From Octopus vulgaris (lineage: Eukaryota), in assembly GCA_951406725.2 (NCBI GenBank), contig OX597824.1, forward strand, positions 25,296,001 to 25,360,000: a stretch of DNA of 64,000 nucleotides, in the 5' to 3' direction. Each line of letters begins with the position of its first letter. Position 1 is the first letter of the stretch. Of this stretch, positions 25,635 to 39,901 are shown in pieces. The position numbers and the translations under genes are program-made. The notes under the pieces were generated by a model. The model searched no databases, was not told where the DNA came from, and was given only the letters and a program-made list of their open reading frames with translations.

Positions 25635-25666
<32 letters not shown>

Positions 25667-26817
25667 ACACGGACTTTGTCAGTGAACAGGTCGCGGATTT
25701 TAGCGACGAAAATATTTTGACAAATTAAACTTAAATGTTGAAGTGAATCGAACGGCTTTTGTGTGTTTCTTAAATGGCTTAGAAACACCTTTCACGCTGC
25801 AATTGTTTTCGTTTCAGCACACGATCTCAGATCAAATTACTTGCTATGCGAGTACATCTCCGTAATATATATCTCTTATTATAAAAGGCAGATTTTATCT
25901 GCCTCCCTTTGTCAGTTATAGAAATCTACAATATAGGATTTCTTCAATTACAATTTACCTAGCATTTTTAAGAGTAGAATGCATCGGGTCATGCCAGGTC
26001 CAGTTTTTAAAATTTCAACCCCAATTAAGCAAAATTTACAGAAAACTCACATTGTGGTGTATGAGTCAAATGCTTCTCTTAATGTGGGCTACAGCACTCG
26101 CACACACACACACACACACAAAAAGGAAGCGATCTCATTCACTCACGCTATCACTCATTTCTGCGACTTTCTCTTTGCAAGTTTGTAGCGATTAAAGTGA
26201 AACTAATTCGATAAAACGAGAGAAGTGTACCTTAAACCACTACTAAAAAAAAAAAAAACAGCAAACAGAAACAAATAAATACATAACGATTTACTCCTCA
26301 CACAATTTCTTCAATTAGAGTGTACCCATGATTTTTCAGAGTACTTCCAGTGGGTGATGCCATAAAAAATTTCTTTCAATTTTACCACCAATTAAGACAA
26401 AATTCGAGAAAACTCAATATTTTAACATTTCACTCCGAAAGCATTGATGTACATGTGTGCGTGCGTGAGTGTGTGTGTGTCATTCCTCACACACACGCAT
26501 ACACATACATATATGAGAGTGGCAAACACAAACGTTTCAAACAACTACATACAAACACGTGTGTGTTTGTTATTAGTAAAAAAGGCGCCAAAACACAACT
26601 CACTTATCATTCCAACACATTTGCAAAGACACACGGACGGTGGAATTGCTATAACAATACAGAAAAGGTAAATTGGTTTTTATTTTACTCTGTATATATT
26701 TTATTATATAATATTATATATAGATATATGTATATATAATTGCAGTATGAAACAGTGTTTATGTATAAACAGACGACACTTATATATAGTTATTAATAAA
26801 TGTATGCATCCGTTTAA

Positions 26818-27143
26818 CCCTTTCGTTACCAAACCGCCCGAATTTACCTATTCATATTTAAATGAGAATATCAGAGTAAATCTCTTTAGTAAATTCGTGA
26901 AAACACGTATTATACTTCGTAAACACTTCAACTACAGTTTTGTACAAAAATCGAAGTGTAATTTTAATTCCGTGAATTATGGGAGAATTTTTTTCCGAAA
27001 TTTGTTCCTATTGTGTTTTCAAAATTTGTAATTCTGACAAAAAATGGATACGAATTTCATTATATCAAGCAGCGAGTCAGAATTCGAAGGATTTTCTACT
27101 GAAGACCTTCATAAATCTAACTCTATGACTGAAAATAAAAGCA
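26818..27143 (+). mobile_element. piggyBac-like 5' end remnant
   Basis: TTAA|CCCTTTCGTTACC terminus and acidic SSESEFEGFSTEDL peptide. Interrupted by the Helitron. Confidence 0.45.
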
Positions 27144-27538
27144 TCGTTATATAAGAGTGAAGTTGTGTGTCTGTCTCCTACGATTTAGATTCGTAACTAC
27201 TCCCACATTTTGCGGTGCAGTTTAACCAAAAGCGGGTATCTTATAGTCGTGATTCATATCGAGCCCTTCTGGGTATTAGCGCGCGTCTACGATGAGTCTA
27301 CGATTTAAAAGAAATTTACCATCATATTTTTCCATTTTAATGCATTTTTTTCGCTTTTATATAAGGGAAGTAACTCTCTAAAAATATCTACGATGTGTCA
27401 ACGATTTAAAAAAAAATTTACCTTAATTTTTTTTCAATTTTTAATGCATTTTTTTGCTATTTTTTGGCTATAACTCTCTAAAAATGCTTATATAGTTATT
27501 TCCCTTACAATCCGAGCAACGCCGGGCGATACTGCTAG
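27144..27538 (+). mobile_element. Non-autonomous Helitron
   Basis: 5' A|TCGTTATATAAG. 3' hairpin CCGAGCAACGCCGGG followed by CTAG|T. Short internal tandem repeats. Confidence 0.75.
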
Positions 27539-27600
27539 TATATATATATATATGAAAAAACAAGTCAGGATAGAAAATGCTAAAATAATTTTATAAAGAA

Positions 27601-27646
27601 CATTTCAGTACCGGTTTCAGTCATTGAGACCTTTTCAACTGTAACA
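27601..27646 (-). ncRNA. Minimal type I hammerhead ribozyme motif, U3-A8 core variant
   Basis: Minus strand reads GTTA-CAG-TTGAAAA-GGTC-tcaat-GACT-GAAA-CCGGTA-CTG-AAATG. Lies in a short element (~27554-27752) bounded by (TA)n. Confidence 0.6.
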
Positions 27647-27748
27647 ATCAAATAATTAAATTTAGAAAAATTAAAAGAAAAGTTTTTTTAAAAGAATATT
27701 TGTATAGTGTTCAAATATAAGTGGCATTTCCTTGTTTCTGCCTTTCTC

Positions 27749-27818
<70 letters not shown>

Positions 27819-28276
27819 TAATCCAAACAAGAAAACACAGAAGAAAAGAGAAAAAAACAAGAAAAAAACACAGCAACGCAGGACGTGGAACAATTAAAGT
27901 ATTATTGACGCTCAGGAAAGAAGGGAAGGAGGGTTTAACGTTTCGAGCGGAGAGAAGACAGAGGAGAAAATATATGAGCTGGTGGTGCTTAAGAGATCAC
28001 ATGTTGAAAGAACAGAATTTGAAGGTAGTTGAAATATGGTTTTATAATGCAAGAGAGTTCCAAAAAAAGGAATGCCTGTGTGTGTGTGTGTGTGTGTGTG
28101 TGTGCAAGATGACAAGTGTGTTTGTGCGTGCGTGTGTGTGTGTGTGTGTATTTTTGGTGAATAAAGCCAATGACAAAGCCAGCTGTCATGAAGACTGCTA
28201 GCTGTTTGTGTCAAGCCAGGTCAAAGCCGGGTCAAAAAAACAAAGGCCTATATGTATCATGTGTGTGTGTTGTTTG

Positions 28277-28307
<31 letters not shown>

Positions 28308-28419
28308 CATGTGTGTGTTCGTGTGTGTATGCGTAGAGTGTGGGTGTGTGGCGAGTATCTGTTTAACCTAGAACGTGTGTGCTTGTACGTGCGTGTGTGT
28401 AGGGATGTATATGTGGGTT

Positions 28420-28728
28420 CATTTGTGTGAGAGTGTATGTATGTACGTGTATGTGTGTGCCTGTATGTATGCGTTTGTATGTGTTTGTGTGTATGTGTGC
28501 GTGCGCGGATAGGTGTATATTGTGTAGGTATATCTGTCGGTGTGTATGTGAGTTTGTGTGTGTTTGTACGTGTGTATGTGTGTGTGAGTGTATAGTATAT
28601 ATATATGTAAATGTGTGTGTGTGCGTGTGTGTGTACGTGCGTGCGAGTGAATGTATGTATATATGTGTGCGTGTGTGTACGATGTAGGGGCTTATATGTG
28701 TGTATATGTATGTGTATGTATGTGTGTA

Positions 28729-28759
<31 letters not shown>

Positions 28760-28804
28760 ATGCGTGTGTGTATGTATGTGTGTGTATGTGTGTGTGTGTG
28801 TGTA

Positions 28805-28851
<47 letters not shown>

Positions 28852-29745
28852 ATGTATGTATGTGTGTGTATGTATGTGTGTGTATGTGTGTAAGTGTGTG
28901 TTTATATATGTATGTATGTACGTATGTGTGTATGTATGTATTTTTTCATGCGTGTATGTGTGTATGTGTGTGAGTGTACATATGTATGTTTATGTATGTG
29001 TGTGTATGTATGTATGTATTTATGTATGTAGTGTATGTGTATGTGTGTATGTATGTATGTGTGCATGCGTGTATGTGTGCATGTATGTGTGTATGTATGT
29101 ATGTATATATATGTGTGTGTATGTGTGTGTGTGTATGTATATATGTGTGTATGTATGTGCGTATGTATGTATGTGTGTGTATGTGTGTGTATGTGTGTGT
29201 ATGTATGTTTGTATGTGTATGTGTGTAAGTTTGTGTGTATGTATGTATGTACGTGTGTGTGTGTATGTATGTATGTGTGCGTGCGTGCGTGTGTATGTGT
29301 GTGTGTATGTGTGTGTGTATGTATGTATATATATGTTTACGTATGTATGTATCTATGTATGTATGTATGTATGTATGTATGTATGTATGTGTGTGTGTGT
29401 ATGTATGTGCGTATGTATGTGTGTGTGTATGTATGTGTATATATGTATGTATGTGTGCATGCTTGTATGTGTGTATGTGCGTGTGTGTACGCATGTGTGT
29501 ATATGTATGTGTGTGTATGTATGTATATATATGTATGTGTGTATGTATCTATGTATGTGTGTATGTGTGTGTGTATGTATGTGTGTATTTGTGTATGTGT
29601 GTATGTGTGTGTGTATGTATGTATGTATATGTATGTGTGTGTATGTGTGTGCATGTGTGTATGTATATGTATGTGTGTGTGTATGTGTGTGTATGTATGT
29701 TTGTGTGTGTGTATGTGTGTATGTATGTGTGTATGTATGTATGTA

Positions 29746-29782
<37 letters not shown>

Positions 29783-31075
29783 ATGTGTGTGTATGTATGT
29801 GTGCGTGCGTGTGTGTGTGGGTATGTGTGTGTGTATGTATGTGTGTATGTATATGTATGTGTGTGTATGTATGTATGTTTGTGTGTATGTATGTGTGTGT
29901 ATGTATGTGTGTAAGTGTGTATGTATGTGGGTGTATGTAAGTGTGTGTGTATGTATGTATGTACGGGTGTATGTGTGTAAGTGTGTATGTATGTGTATGT
30001 GTATGTATGTATGTATATGTACGCGTGTGTGTATGTATGTGTGTATAGTATGTGTGTGTGTATGTATGTATGTGTGTGTGCATGCGTGTATGTGTACATG
30101 TGTGTGTCTGTATGTATGTATGTATGTATATGTATGTGTGTGTATGTATATATGTCTATGTATGTATGTATGTGTGTATGTGTGTGTATGTATGTGTGTG
30201 TGTATGTATGTATGTATGTAAGTGTGTGTGTATGTATGTGCGTATGTATGTGTGTGTATGTATGTGTATATATGTATGTATGTGTGCATGCGTGTATGTG
30301 TCTATGTATGTATGTGTGTATGTGGGTGTATGTATGTGTGTGTGTATGTATGTATGTATGTAAGTGTGTGTGTATGTATGTGCCTATGTTTGTGTGTGTG
30401 TATGTATGTGTATGTATGTGTGCATGCGTGTATGTGTGTATGTGCGTGTGTGTACGTATGTGTGTATATGTATGTGTGTGTATGTATGTATATATATATG
30501 TATGTGTGTATGTATCTATGTATGTGTGTATGTGTGTGTATGTATGTGTGTATTTGTGTATTTGTGTATGTGTGTGTATGTATGTATGTATGTATATGTA
30601 TATGTGTGTATGTGTGTGCATGTGTGTATGTATGTATGTATGTGTATGTGTGTGTGTATGTGTGTGTATGTATGTTTGTGTGTGTGTATATGCGTGTATG
30701 TATGTGTGTATGTATGTATGTGTGTGTGTACGTGTGTGTATGTATGCATGTATGTATGTGTGTGTATGTATGTGTGCGTGCGTGTGTGTGTGGGTATGTG
30801 TGTGTGTATGTATGTGTGTATGTATATGTATGTGTGTGTATGTATGTATGTATGTGTGTATGTATGTATGTGTTTGAATGTATGTATGTGTGAATATGTG
30901 TATGTGTGTGTGTGTGTATGTATGTGTGTGTGTGTATGTATGTGTGTGTGTATGTATGTATGAATGTATATATGTATGTATGTATGAATTTATGAATGTA
31001 TGTATGTATGTATGTATGTGTGCGTGTGTGTGCATGTATGTATGAATGTATCTATGTATGTATTATGTGTGTGTA
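28420..31075. repeat. ~2.6-kb compound (TG)n/(TATG)n satellite
   Basis: Directly visible. It accounts for all the VCMY/HTYI ORFs. Confidence 0.97.
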
Positions 31076-32755
31076 CGTAGAAGGAATATAAACCGTTTCT
31101 CCAAGTGAAGCCTAGATTGGGGAGAGCCGTTGTGTGGGGCAAGACCAAACACCGAGATGTCAGCGGGGGAATGGCTGGCCGAGCGGAAGTGCCGTGCGAC
31201 GGGAGAATTGGAAAGTAGACGAACATCCCGCAGATGCTCGGCGAATCGGTCTGACAACCGGCGCCCCGTCTGTCCTATATACAGCATCCTGCAGCTGTTG
31301 CATTTAATGCAGTATTTGAGTCCAGACGAGGTGCACGTAAAGGAATACCTGATACGTATAGTTCGCCGGTTGGAACCGGTGACAGCAGTGGTGTTGGTGA
31401 TGAACGGGCAGGTGTTGCAGCGGGATCTGGAGCATGGGAAGGATCCGAGTGGGGCCGAGGGGGAAGAAGGGAGGGTGCTACGGACCAGGAGGTCGCGTAG
31501 ATTCCAGGCTCGTTTGAAGGAGGACAGGGGTGGGTTGGGGAAAATGGGGTGGGTTGTGGAATCGAGCTGGAGACGACGGAAGGCACGAAGTATCTTCCGA
31601 CGAAGGGGTAGTGTAGAGGGGTGGAAAAAGAGGGTAAAGGGGGTGCGGTTGGGGGGTGGGTGATTGGAAGGAGAAAGGGCGGTGGTGCGGTCGATGCGAC
31701 GAGCGCGGGCGAGGGCGTTCAAGACCAGGGTAGGTGGGTATCCTCGAAGCCTGAACAGGCGGGCTAGGTATTGAGACTGGGTCTCGAAATCCTGGTCGCG
31801 GCTACACAAGCGTCGGAGGCAGAGGAACTGGGAGTAGGGGATATCCCGTTTGGTGTGGAAGGGATGGGAGGAGGAGAAGTTGAGATAGAAGTGGGAATCC
31901 GTGGGTTTGAAGAAGGCGGAGGTGGTGAGAGAGTGGGAGGGGTGGTCGATGCTGAGTGAGATATCAAGGAAGTTAACGGAAGTATTGGATATGGTGGAAG
32001 TGAATTGTAGAGAGGGGTGGAAGTTAGAGAGGAAAGAGATGAAGTGGCAGAGTTGTTCGCGGGAAAGGGAGGTGGCGCCTATACAGACGTCTATGTAACG
32101 ACCGTATAGTTCTGGGGTCGGCCCGGAAAATTGGGAGAATAGTTGGGCCTCAATGTAGCCAACAAAGAGATTGGCGAAATTGGGACCCATTCTCGTTCAC
32201 ATCGCGACCCCGGACAACTGTTGGTACGTTTCCCCGGCGAACGTGAAACAGTTGAGGGTTAGGACGAGCTCTGCCAGGCGGAGGAGGGTGGCGGTGCTAG
32301 GGGTGGGGTCGGGGCGACGGTCGAGGAAGTGATGGAGAGCTAGGAGACCGTCGTTGTGGGGAATTACCGTAAACAGTGATTTGATGTCAAGGGTGAAGAG
32401 GAGGTGTGAGGGGCTGGAAGGGAAGGAAAAGGAATTGAAGAGACGGAGGGCGTGGTTGGTATCATGTATGTGGGAAGGTAGGGCTTTGACTAAAGAGGAC
32501 AGGATGCGGTCGAGGTATAGGGAAATGTGTTCAGTAGGGCAATTACAGGCGGAAACAATGAGGCGGGCAGGGGTATTGGGCTTATGAATTTTGGGAAGGA
32601 AATAGATGGTGGAGGTGCGGGGTGTGCGGACGATGAGGTTGGTGGCGGTGGGGGGGAGAGCAGAAGAGAAGATGAGTTCGCGGATAGTGGAGGACACTCG
32701 CTGTTGGTAGGAAGAGGTGGGATTAGAGGGGAGGAGGCGATAGAAGAGGGGATTT
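31075..32755 (-). mobile_element. Penelope-like retroelement (probably Neptune clade), RT + GIY-YIG, inactivated and truncated at both ends
   Basis: YFLPKIHK, LDIKSLFT, GVAM*TRMGP (in-frame TGA at 32199-32197 joins the two ORFs), RYIDV (from YIDD), FFKPTDSH, linker CSRSRCNTC, endonuclease KYCIKCNSCRMLYIGQTGRRLSDRFAEH. Confidence 0.95.
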
Positions 32756-34401
32756 TGAATGTCCCGTTTCTCTTTTGTCTTCCTTTTTTTCCTTGAGCCA
32801 CGGGAGGTTGGTGTTTGTCTGATTTATCCAGCAGATCCTCCCGCAGCCTTCGGATCTTTCTGTGGGCAACCATGGTTGCCCACCTTTCGTTTTTTTCCCC
32901 TTTTTCGAGGATATTTCCACCTCTTCGACTTCCTCCCTCTCTTCCTCTAGTGAGGAAGCAGGGAACACTAGTGCTTCTTTTTACATGAAAACAGAACCAG
33001 TCTCTTTTCTTTTTACGTGATACCAGAACCAATGCTTTTAACGTGGCACCAGCACCAGTGCTTTTAATGTTTCAGTGGCACCAGTACTTTTTACGTCGCA
33101 CAAGCACCGGGGTTTTTAACGCAGCAGCACCACAGGTGTTGTCTTGCGTGAAACCAGAACCAGTGCTTTTCTACGTGGCACCAGTACCAGAGCATTTCTA
33201 CGTCGAATCGTCACCAGTGCATCTTTTAGGTGGAATCAGCAAAAATCTGACGGTGCTTCTGTAAATGTATGAGAAGGCATTTGTATGTAGTTATTCAGTT
33301 TACAGAGGGAAGAATAGCATGTGCGTATATGCGTGTACATAATTGTGTATAGGTTTTCTTCTGGAGTTTTGTTTCAACGAGGAGGTTTTTTTCCTCTTTC
33401 TCAAAGGATGTAATTACTTTCGAAACAGTACTTCTTGATACACCAAACATATCAGCTGTTTTCGTTACACTAGCGTCTGCCATACGAGCACGGACAATTT
33501 GGCCTCTTTGAAAGTTCGATAGATCCTGTCATTGTAATGAATTTTAATTAACTTTTTCTGATTGATATCTGAAAAGAAACAGCAATTTTAGCAGAACATG
33601 TTAAGCAACACTAATAATAAATAAAAAAAAACATAAAAATGAACAAGCTTTTCAAGGTTTTATAGTCATTTCAAAATTATGATTCTATGATGCTAGGCGT
33701 TTCCTTTATTTTGTCCAACCCCGATATATGTCATATCAAATCCCACTTCGGTCGTGAATGACCATATGATTCCACCTAGAGAGTTCCTCTCCGAGGGACA
33801 AATCCAAGCAAGGGTGTTTATGGAAGACCTGAAGTCGCCCATGCATATCAGCCTCTCGTCTTCACGTCACCGATGTTATCCGAGAGAAAGACAAAGACTG
33901 ATGAAGCTTGACACCTGTGACGTCACAACTCATTTGTTCAGCTGAAGGACCGGGAAATGAACTCTCTACCACATGATTGTGAGCCCGACAACAGATACAT
34001 TCATTCAACCAGTATTGACTGTATACGCACGTGTACGAACATGAAATCGAACATATACATTCAGTATATAATAGCATTAGATAAATATATGGCGGCGGCG
34101 GTGGCAATCTCCCTTCCTTTTCTCGTGCCTACTGTTTCTGCTGTTTCAAACTCTTGTTGTTCGTGTTGTTGTTGCTTATGTTGGCGTGTTTGTTGATGTG
34201 TCCATTGTTGCTTCCTGTTTTAGTGGTTGTCAATGCGGCTGTAGTCGCGTTGTTGTTGTTGTTGTTACTGCTGCTGCTGGTGCAGCTCCAGCTGCTTCAT
34301 CTATTGTTGCCGCGTTAAAATCCCTGGTGCTGGTCAAGCGTTAAGAAAAGCATGTGCATATATGAGTGTACATAATTGTGTATAGGTGTAAGTGAGCGTG
34401 A

Positions 34402-34439
<38 letters not shown>

Positions 34440-34728
34440 AGTTATTAAAGTTATTAAAATGTAACAAATCGTTAGACAGACAGTACCAGTAATTAAAAAA
34501 GGGCAGCTTTGTTACGCATACTTACATGATGACACGTGTGCCACAATTATTCCGGCCAAGTGTTACATTAGGGGTCAAAGGACCTATAGCATACATGTTC
34601 AATTCAATATTAATGAAATGTTTCAGTAGTTCAGCAACTGGAGTACTCACCCGCGCAACCGACGGAGGATCCTCTTACTTAATATTTATTTTATATATAT
34701 ATATGTGTGTATTTGTGAATACACAAGT

Positions 34729-34798
<70 letters not shown>

Positions 34799-34984
34799 GT
34801 ATATTAATACTTACATATGAATATACATACAACTATATATTTGTGTGGATATATGTCTCTCTCTCTCTATATATATATATATACATCTATAATATATATA
34901 TTATATTACATTATATTATATTAAATCATATCATATATATACATATATATATATATATGTTGATATATATATCCTGATTCTACT

Positions 34985-35486
34985 TAACAAAGCACTGGTG
35001 GTGCTGCTACGTTCAAAGACCTGGATCTGGTGCAACGTTAAAAATATTGGTTCTGGGGTCGCGACAAAAAGAAAGCGCTAGTGCTGCTTCCACGTAAAAA
35101 AGAAAAACACTGGTGCTGATTCTACTTAACAAAGTACTGGTGGTGCTGCTGCGTTAAAAGCCCTGGTGCTGGTGCAACGGTAAAAGTACTGGTGCTACTG
35201 ACAACTAAAAAGAAAAACACTGGTGCTGATGCCAGGTAAAAATAGCACTGGTGCTGGTGCCACTTAAAAAGCACCCATTATACACACAGTAAATTAGTTT
35301 GCGTTACGAAGCATCCAGTAGAAGAAAACATGCCAAAACGGACAAGAGAGCCTAGTAAGGAAACGCGGATTCCAGTGCTTGTCAAGCCATCCAACGCAGG
35401 CCAGCCAGAAAGTCGGACGTTAACTGATGAGGATAAAAAGGATGAAGAAGACGATGATGACGATGGTGATGATAATAATAATGACA

Positions 35487-35517
<31 letters not shown>
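34985..35517 (+). repeat. Degenerate ACTGGTGC(TG) minisatellite leading into a retroposon 3' end with (GAT)n tail; one per array unit
   Basis: ACTGGTGCTG cores recur about every 20-30 bp. A related tract lies in the opposite orientation at ~32960-33260. Confidence 0.7.
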
Positions 35518-35555
<38 letters not shown>

Positions 35556-36548
35556 AGTTTAAATCTGCCGGTGTTTTTGTGTAGATTGGTGCAGGCGTAG
35601 TGGTAGAGTGCTTTTCCATTGCAAGCCACGTTCGGCAAAGGCAAATGTCCTTCACTATAGCCTCAGGCCCACCAAGGGTTGTCAGTGGATTTGGTAAAAA
35701 GGGAATCAAACAAGCCTGTCGTATATACATACATACATACATACATACATACATACATACATACATACATTCATACATATATATATATATGTGTTTGTGT
35801 ATATATATTTATATCTACATATATCTATCTGTTCACACACACAAACATATAAGCATGTGTGTGTATGTATATAATGTATATACATATGCATATATAACAT
35901 GGTGGCTGCCCCCTCGTTATCGAGTATGGCCATTGCACGAAGCTCAATCAATGTTGTTATCGTGCAATGCCTGTGCAAGAAAATTTTTTTAAGTGAGGAA
36001 AAGCTGTGCACTGAGTCAATCCCACACACGAAGCAACAGCAGCCATAATCCGAAAAGAAGAACAAGTCAACATCATCGGTAACCACTGAGCTGCAAGTTT
36101 TATGTCGGAGTTATCCCAGTTACCTGAGTTACCTTCTCCTAGAAGGTTGCCCTAACAAGGGCTAGAAGTCCTTCACTCCCAATGGTTTAACCGCGCGATC
36201 GGCTATTCAGTCCGATTATTTCTATGTTCCCGCGCATGATACAGCCTTAAGACATTTATTAGATGGCCGTTGACTCTCAAGAGTTCCTCCGCCCTTTGAC
36301 GGATTTTGTTTTTCATCCCGCAGGGTGTCCAATAAACACCCTCCTCACCAAGCAAATTTGGTGGGGTTGCCGGTTCATTCACCGACGACCCGACCATGCA
36401 ACAGGTTGTACTGGGTTACATGTTACCAGTAGCACTTGAAAGTGACCTGACATAACATATATATATATACATACATTCAGATATGAGTACAGAACGTCAC
36501 CAACAGTGCAGATACCATGAAATACATAAACAACGAGAAAGATATGGA

Positions 36549-36681
<133 letters not shown>

Positions 36682-37074
36682 CGAAGGAGTGTATGTGTGG
36701 TAAGTAGCCTGCTTATCAACCACATGGTTCTGGGTTCAGTCCCACTGCGTGGCATCTTGAGCAAGAGTTTTCTGCTATAGCTCAGGCCGACCAAATCCTT
36801 TTTAGTGGATTTGATAGACGGAAACTGAAAGAAGGGTGTCGTTGATATATATATGTGTATATGTTTTTGTGTTTGTATTTGTCCTCCCCACCATCGCTTG
36901 AAAACCGATGTTGGTGTGATTCGGTCCCCGAAACATACCGACTCGCCAAAGAGACCGATAGAATAAGTTCTAGGCTTACAATGAATAAGTTGTGGGGTTG
37001 ATTTGTTCGTCTAAAGGTTGTTCTCCAACATGACTGAAAGAAATAACAGAATAAAGATATAAAAGAATGTACAT

Positions 37075-37196
<122 letters not shown>

Positions 37197-37227
37197 TTAC
37201 ATATATATATGTATTTTTATAACTGTC

Positions 37228-37298
<71 letters not shown>

Positions 37299-37304
37299 AC
37301 GCAT

Positions 37305-37380
<76 letters not shown>

Positions 37381-37392
37381 GTATATGTATAT

Positions 37393-37961
37393 GTTTCTTG
37401 AAAGTAGTGGTTTTCTGATTACAACCCTCCCGTGAAATCCGGCTTTGTGCAGCTCCCAGCGAACAGTTTTTGTGGAAACTGTGTTCTCGAAGTGGTCATT
37501 AAGCTCTGCAGTAATTTTGGGAGCTGTACTTTTGTGATCCTTTCTAAAAATTCGCGTAAGAGCTCGACGGTCCGTATCTGAAAGTTTTGGTTTCCTTCTG
37601 GAGTTTTGTTTCAACGAGGAGGTTTTTTTTCCTCCTTCTCAAAGGATGTAATTACTTTCGAAACAGTACTTCTTGATACACCAAACAAATCAGCTGTTTT
37701 CGTTACACTAGCGTCTGCCATACGAGCATGGACAATTTGGCCTCTTTGAAAGTTCGACAGATCCTGTCATTGTAATGAATTTTAATTAACTTTTTCTGAT
37801 GATATCTGAAAAGAAACAGCAATTTTAGCAGAACATGTTAAGCAACACTAATAATAAATAAAAAAAAACATAAAAATGAACAAGCTTTTCAAGGTTTTAT
37901 AGTCATTTCAAAATTATGATTCTATGATGCTAGGCGTTTCCTTTATTTTGTCCAACCCCGA
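37393..37961 (-). mobile_element. Tc1-like 5' fragment (TIR + HTH region of transposase), one per array unit
   Basis: TIR-like GGGGTTGGACAAAATAAAGGAAAC; TADMFGVSRSTVSKV...[16 protein letters not shown]...[27 protein letters not shown]. Other copies: 33352-33724, 41506-42035, 45738-46305, 50085-50615, 54802-55329, 59077-59645. Confidence 0.9.
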
Positions 37962-38644
37962 TATATGTCATATCAAATCCCACTTCGGTCGTGAATGACC
38001 ATATGATTCCACCTAGAGAGTTCCTCTCCGAGGGACAAATCCAAGCAAGGGTGTTTATGGAAGACCTGAAGTCGCCCATGCATATCAGCCTCTCGTCTTC
38101 ACGTCACCGATGTTATCCCAGAGAAAGACAAAGACTGATGAAGCTTGACACCTGTGACGTCACAACTCATTTGTTCAGCTGAAGGACCGGGAAATGAACT
38201 CTCTACCACATGATTGTGAGCCCGACAACAGATACATTCATTCAACCAGTATTGACTGTATACGCACGTGTACGAACATGAAATCGAACATATACATTCA
38301 GTATATTAATAGCATTAGATAAATATATGGCGGCGGCGGTGGCAATCTCCCTTCATCTTCTCGTGCCTACTGTTTCTGCTGTTTCAAACTCTTGTTGTTC
38401 GTGTTGTTGTTGCTTATGTTGCGTGTTTGTTGATGTGTCCATTGTTGCTTCCTGTTTTAGTGGTTGTCAATGCGGCTGTAGTCGCGTTGTTGTTGTTGTT
38501 GTTGTTGTTACTGCTGCTGCTGGTGCAGCTCCAGCTGCTTCATCTATTGTTGCCGCGTTAAAATCCCTGGTGCTGGTCAAGCGTTAAGAAAAGCATGTGC
38601 ATATATGAGTGTACATAATTGTGTATAGGTGTAAGTGAGCGTGA

Positions 38645-38680
<36 letters not shown>

Positions 38681-38976
38681 GTGTGTACAGTTATTAAAGT
38701 TATTAAAATGTAACAAATCGTTAGACAGACAGTACCAGTAATTAAAAAGGGCAGCTTTGTTACGCATACTTACATGATGACACGTGTGCCACAATTATTC
38801 CGGCCAAGTGTTACATTAGGGGTCAAAGGACCTATAGCATACATGTTCAATTCAATATTAATGAAATGTTTCAGTAGTTCAGCAACTGGAGTACTCACCC
38901 GCGCAACCGACGGAGGATCCTCTTACTTAATATTTATTTTATATATATATATGTGTGTATTTGTGAATACACAAGT

Positions 38977-39046
<70 letters not shown>

Positions 39047-39818
39047 GTATATTAATACTTACATATGAATATACATACAACTATATATTTGTGTGGATAT
39101 ATGTCTCTCTCTCTCTATATATATATATATATACATCTATAATATATATATTATATTACATTATATTATATTAAATCATATCATATATATACATATATAT
39201 ATATATGTTGATATATATATCCTGATTCTACTTAACAAAGCACTGGTGGTGCTGCTACGTTCAAAGACCTGGATCTGGTGCAACGTTAAAAATATTGGTT
39301 CTGGGGTCGCGACAAAAAGAAAGCGCTAGTGCTGCTTCCACGTAAAAAAGAAAAACACTGGTGCTGATTCCACATTAAAAACACAGGTACTGGTGCCAAG
39401 GGAAAATAAAGACACTGGTGCTGATTCTACTTAACAAAGTACTGGTGGTGCTGCTGCGTTAAAAGCCCTGGTGCTGGTGCAACGGTAAAAGTACTGGTGC
39501 TACTGACAAGTAAAAAGAAAAACACTGATGTTGATGCCACGTAGAAAAGCACTGGTGCTGATGCCAGGTAAAAATAGCACTGGTGCTGGTGCCACTTAAA
39601 AAGCACCCATTATACACACAGTAAATTAGTTTGCGTTACGAAGCATCCAGTAGAAGAAAACATGCCAAAACGGACAAGAGAGCCTAGTAAGGAAACGCGG
39701 ATTCCAGTGCTTGTCAAGCCATCCAACGCAGGCCAGCCAGAAAATCGGACGTTAACTGATGAGGATAAAAAGGATGAAGAAGACGATGATGACGATGGTG
39801 ATGATAATAATAATGACA

Positions 39819-39901
<83 letters not shown>

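Noticed and set aside
28611-31035. Long ORFs (up to 560 aa) of VCMY/HTYI composition
   Set aside because: Stop-poor translation of the (TG)/(TATG)n satellite; no coding complexity.
34985-35275. Repeat-spacer-like ACTGGTGCTG series resembling a CRISPR array
   Set aside because: Cores are short and degenerate, spacers are related and A-rich, there are no cas genes and the context is eukaryotic.
35330-35584. Acidic ORF MPKRTREP...DDDD in each unit
   Set aside because: Translation of a retroposon (GAT)n tail and (TA)n.
38327-38587. Cys-rich ORF MAAAVAISL...SCCSCCCCLCC repeated in each unit
   Set aside because: Derived from (TGT/GTT)n low-complexity DNA, and frameshifted or truncated in some copies.
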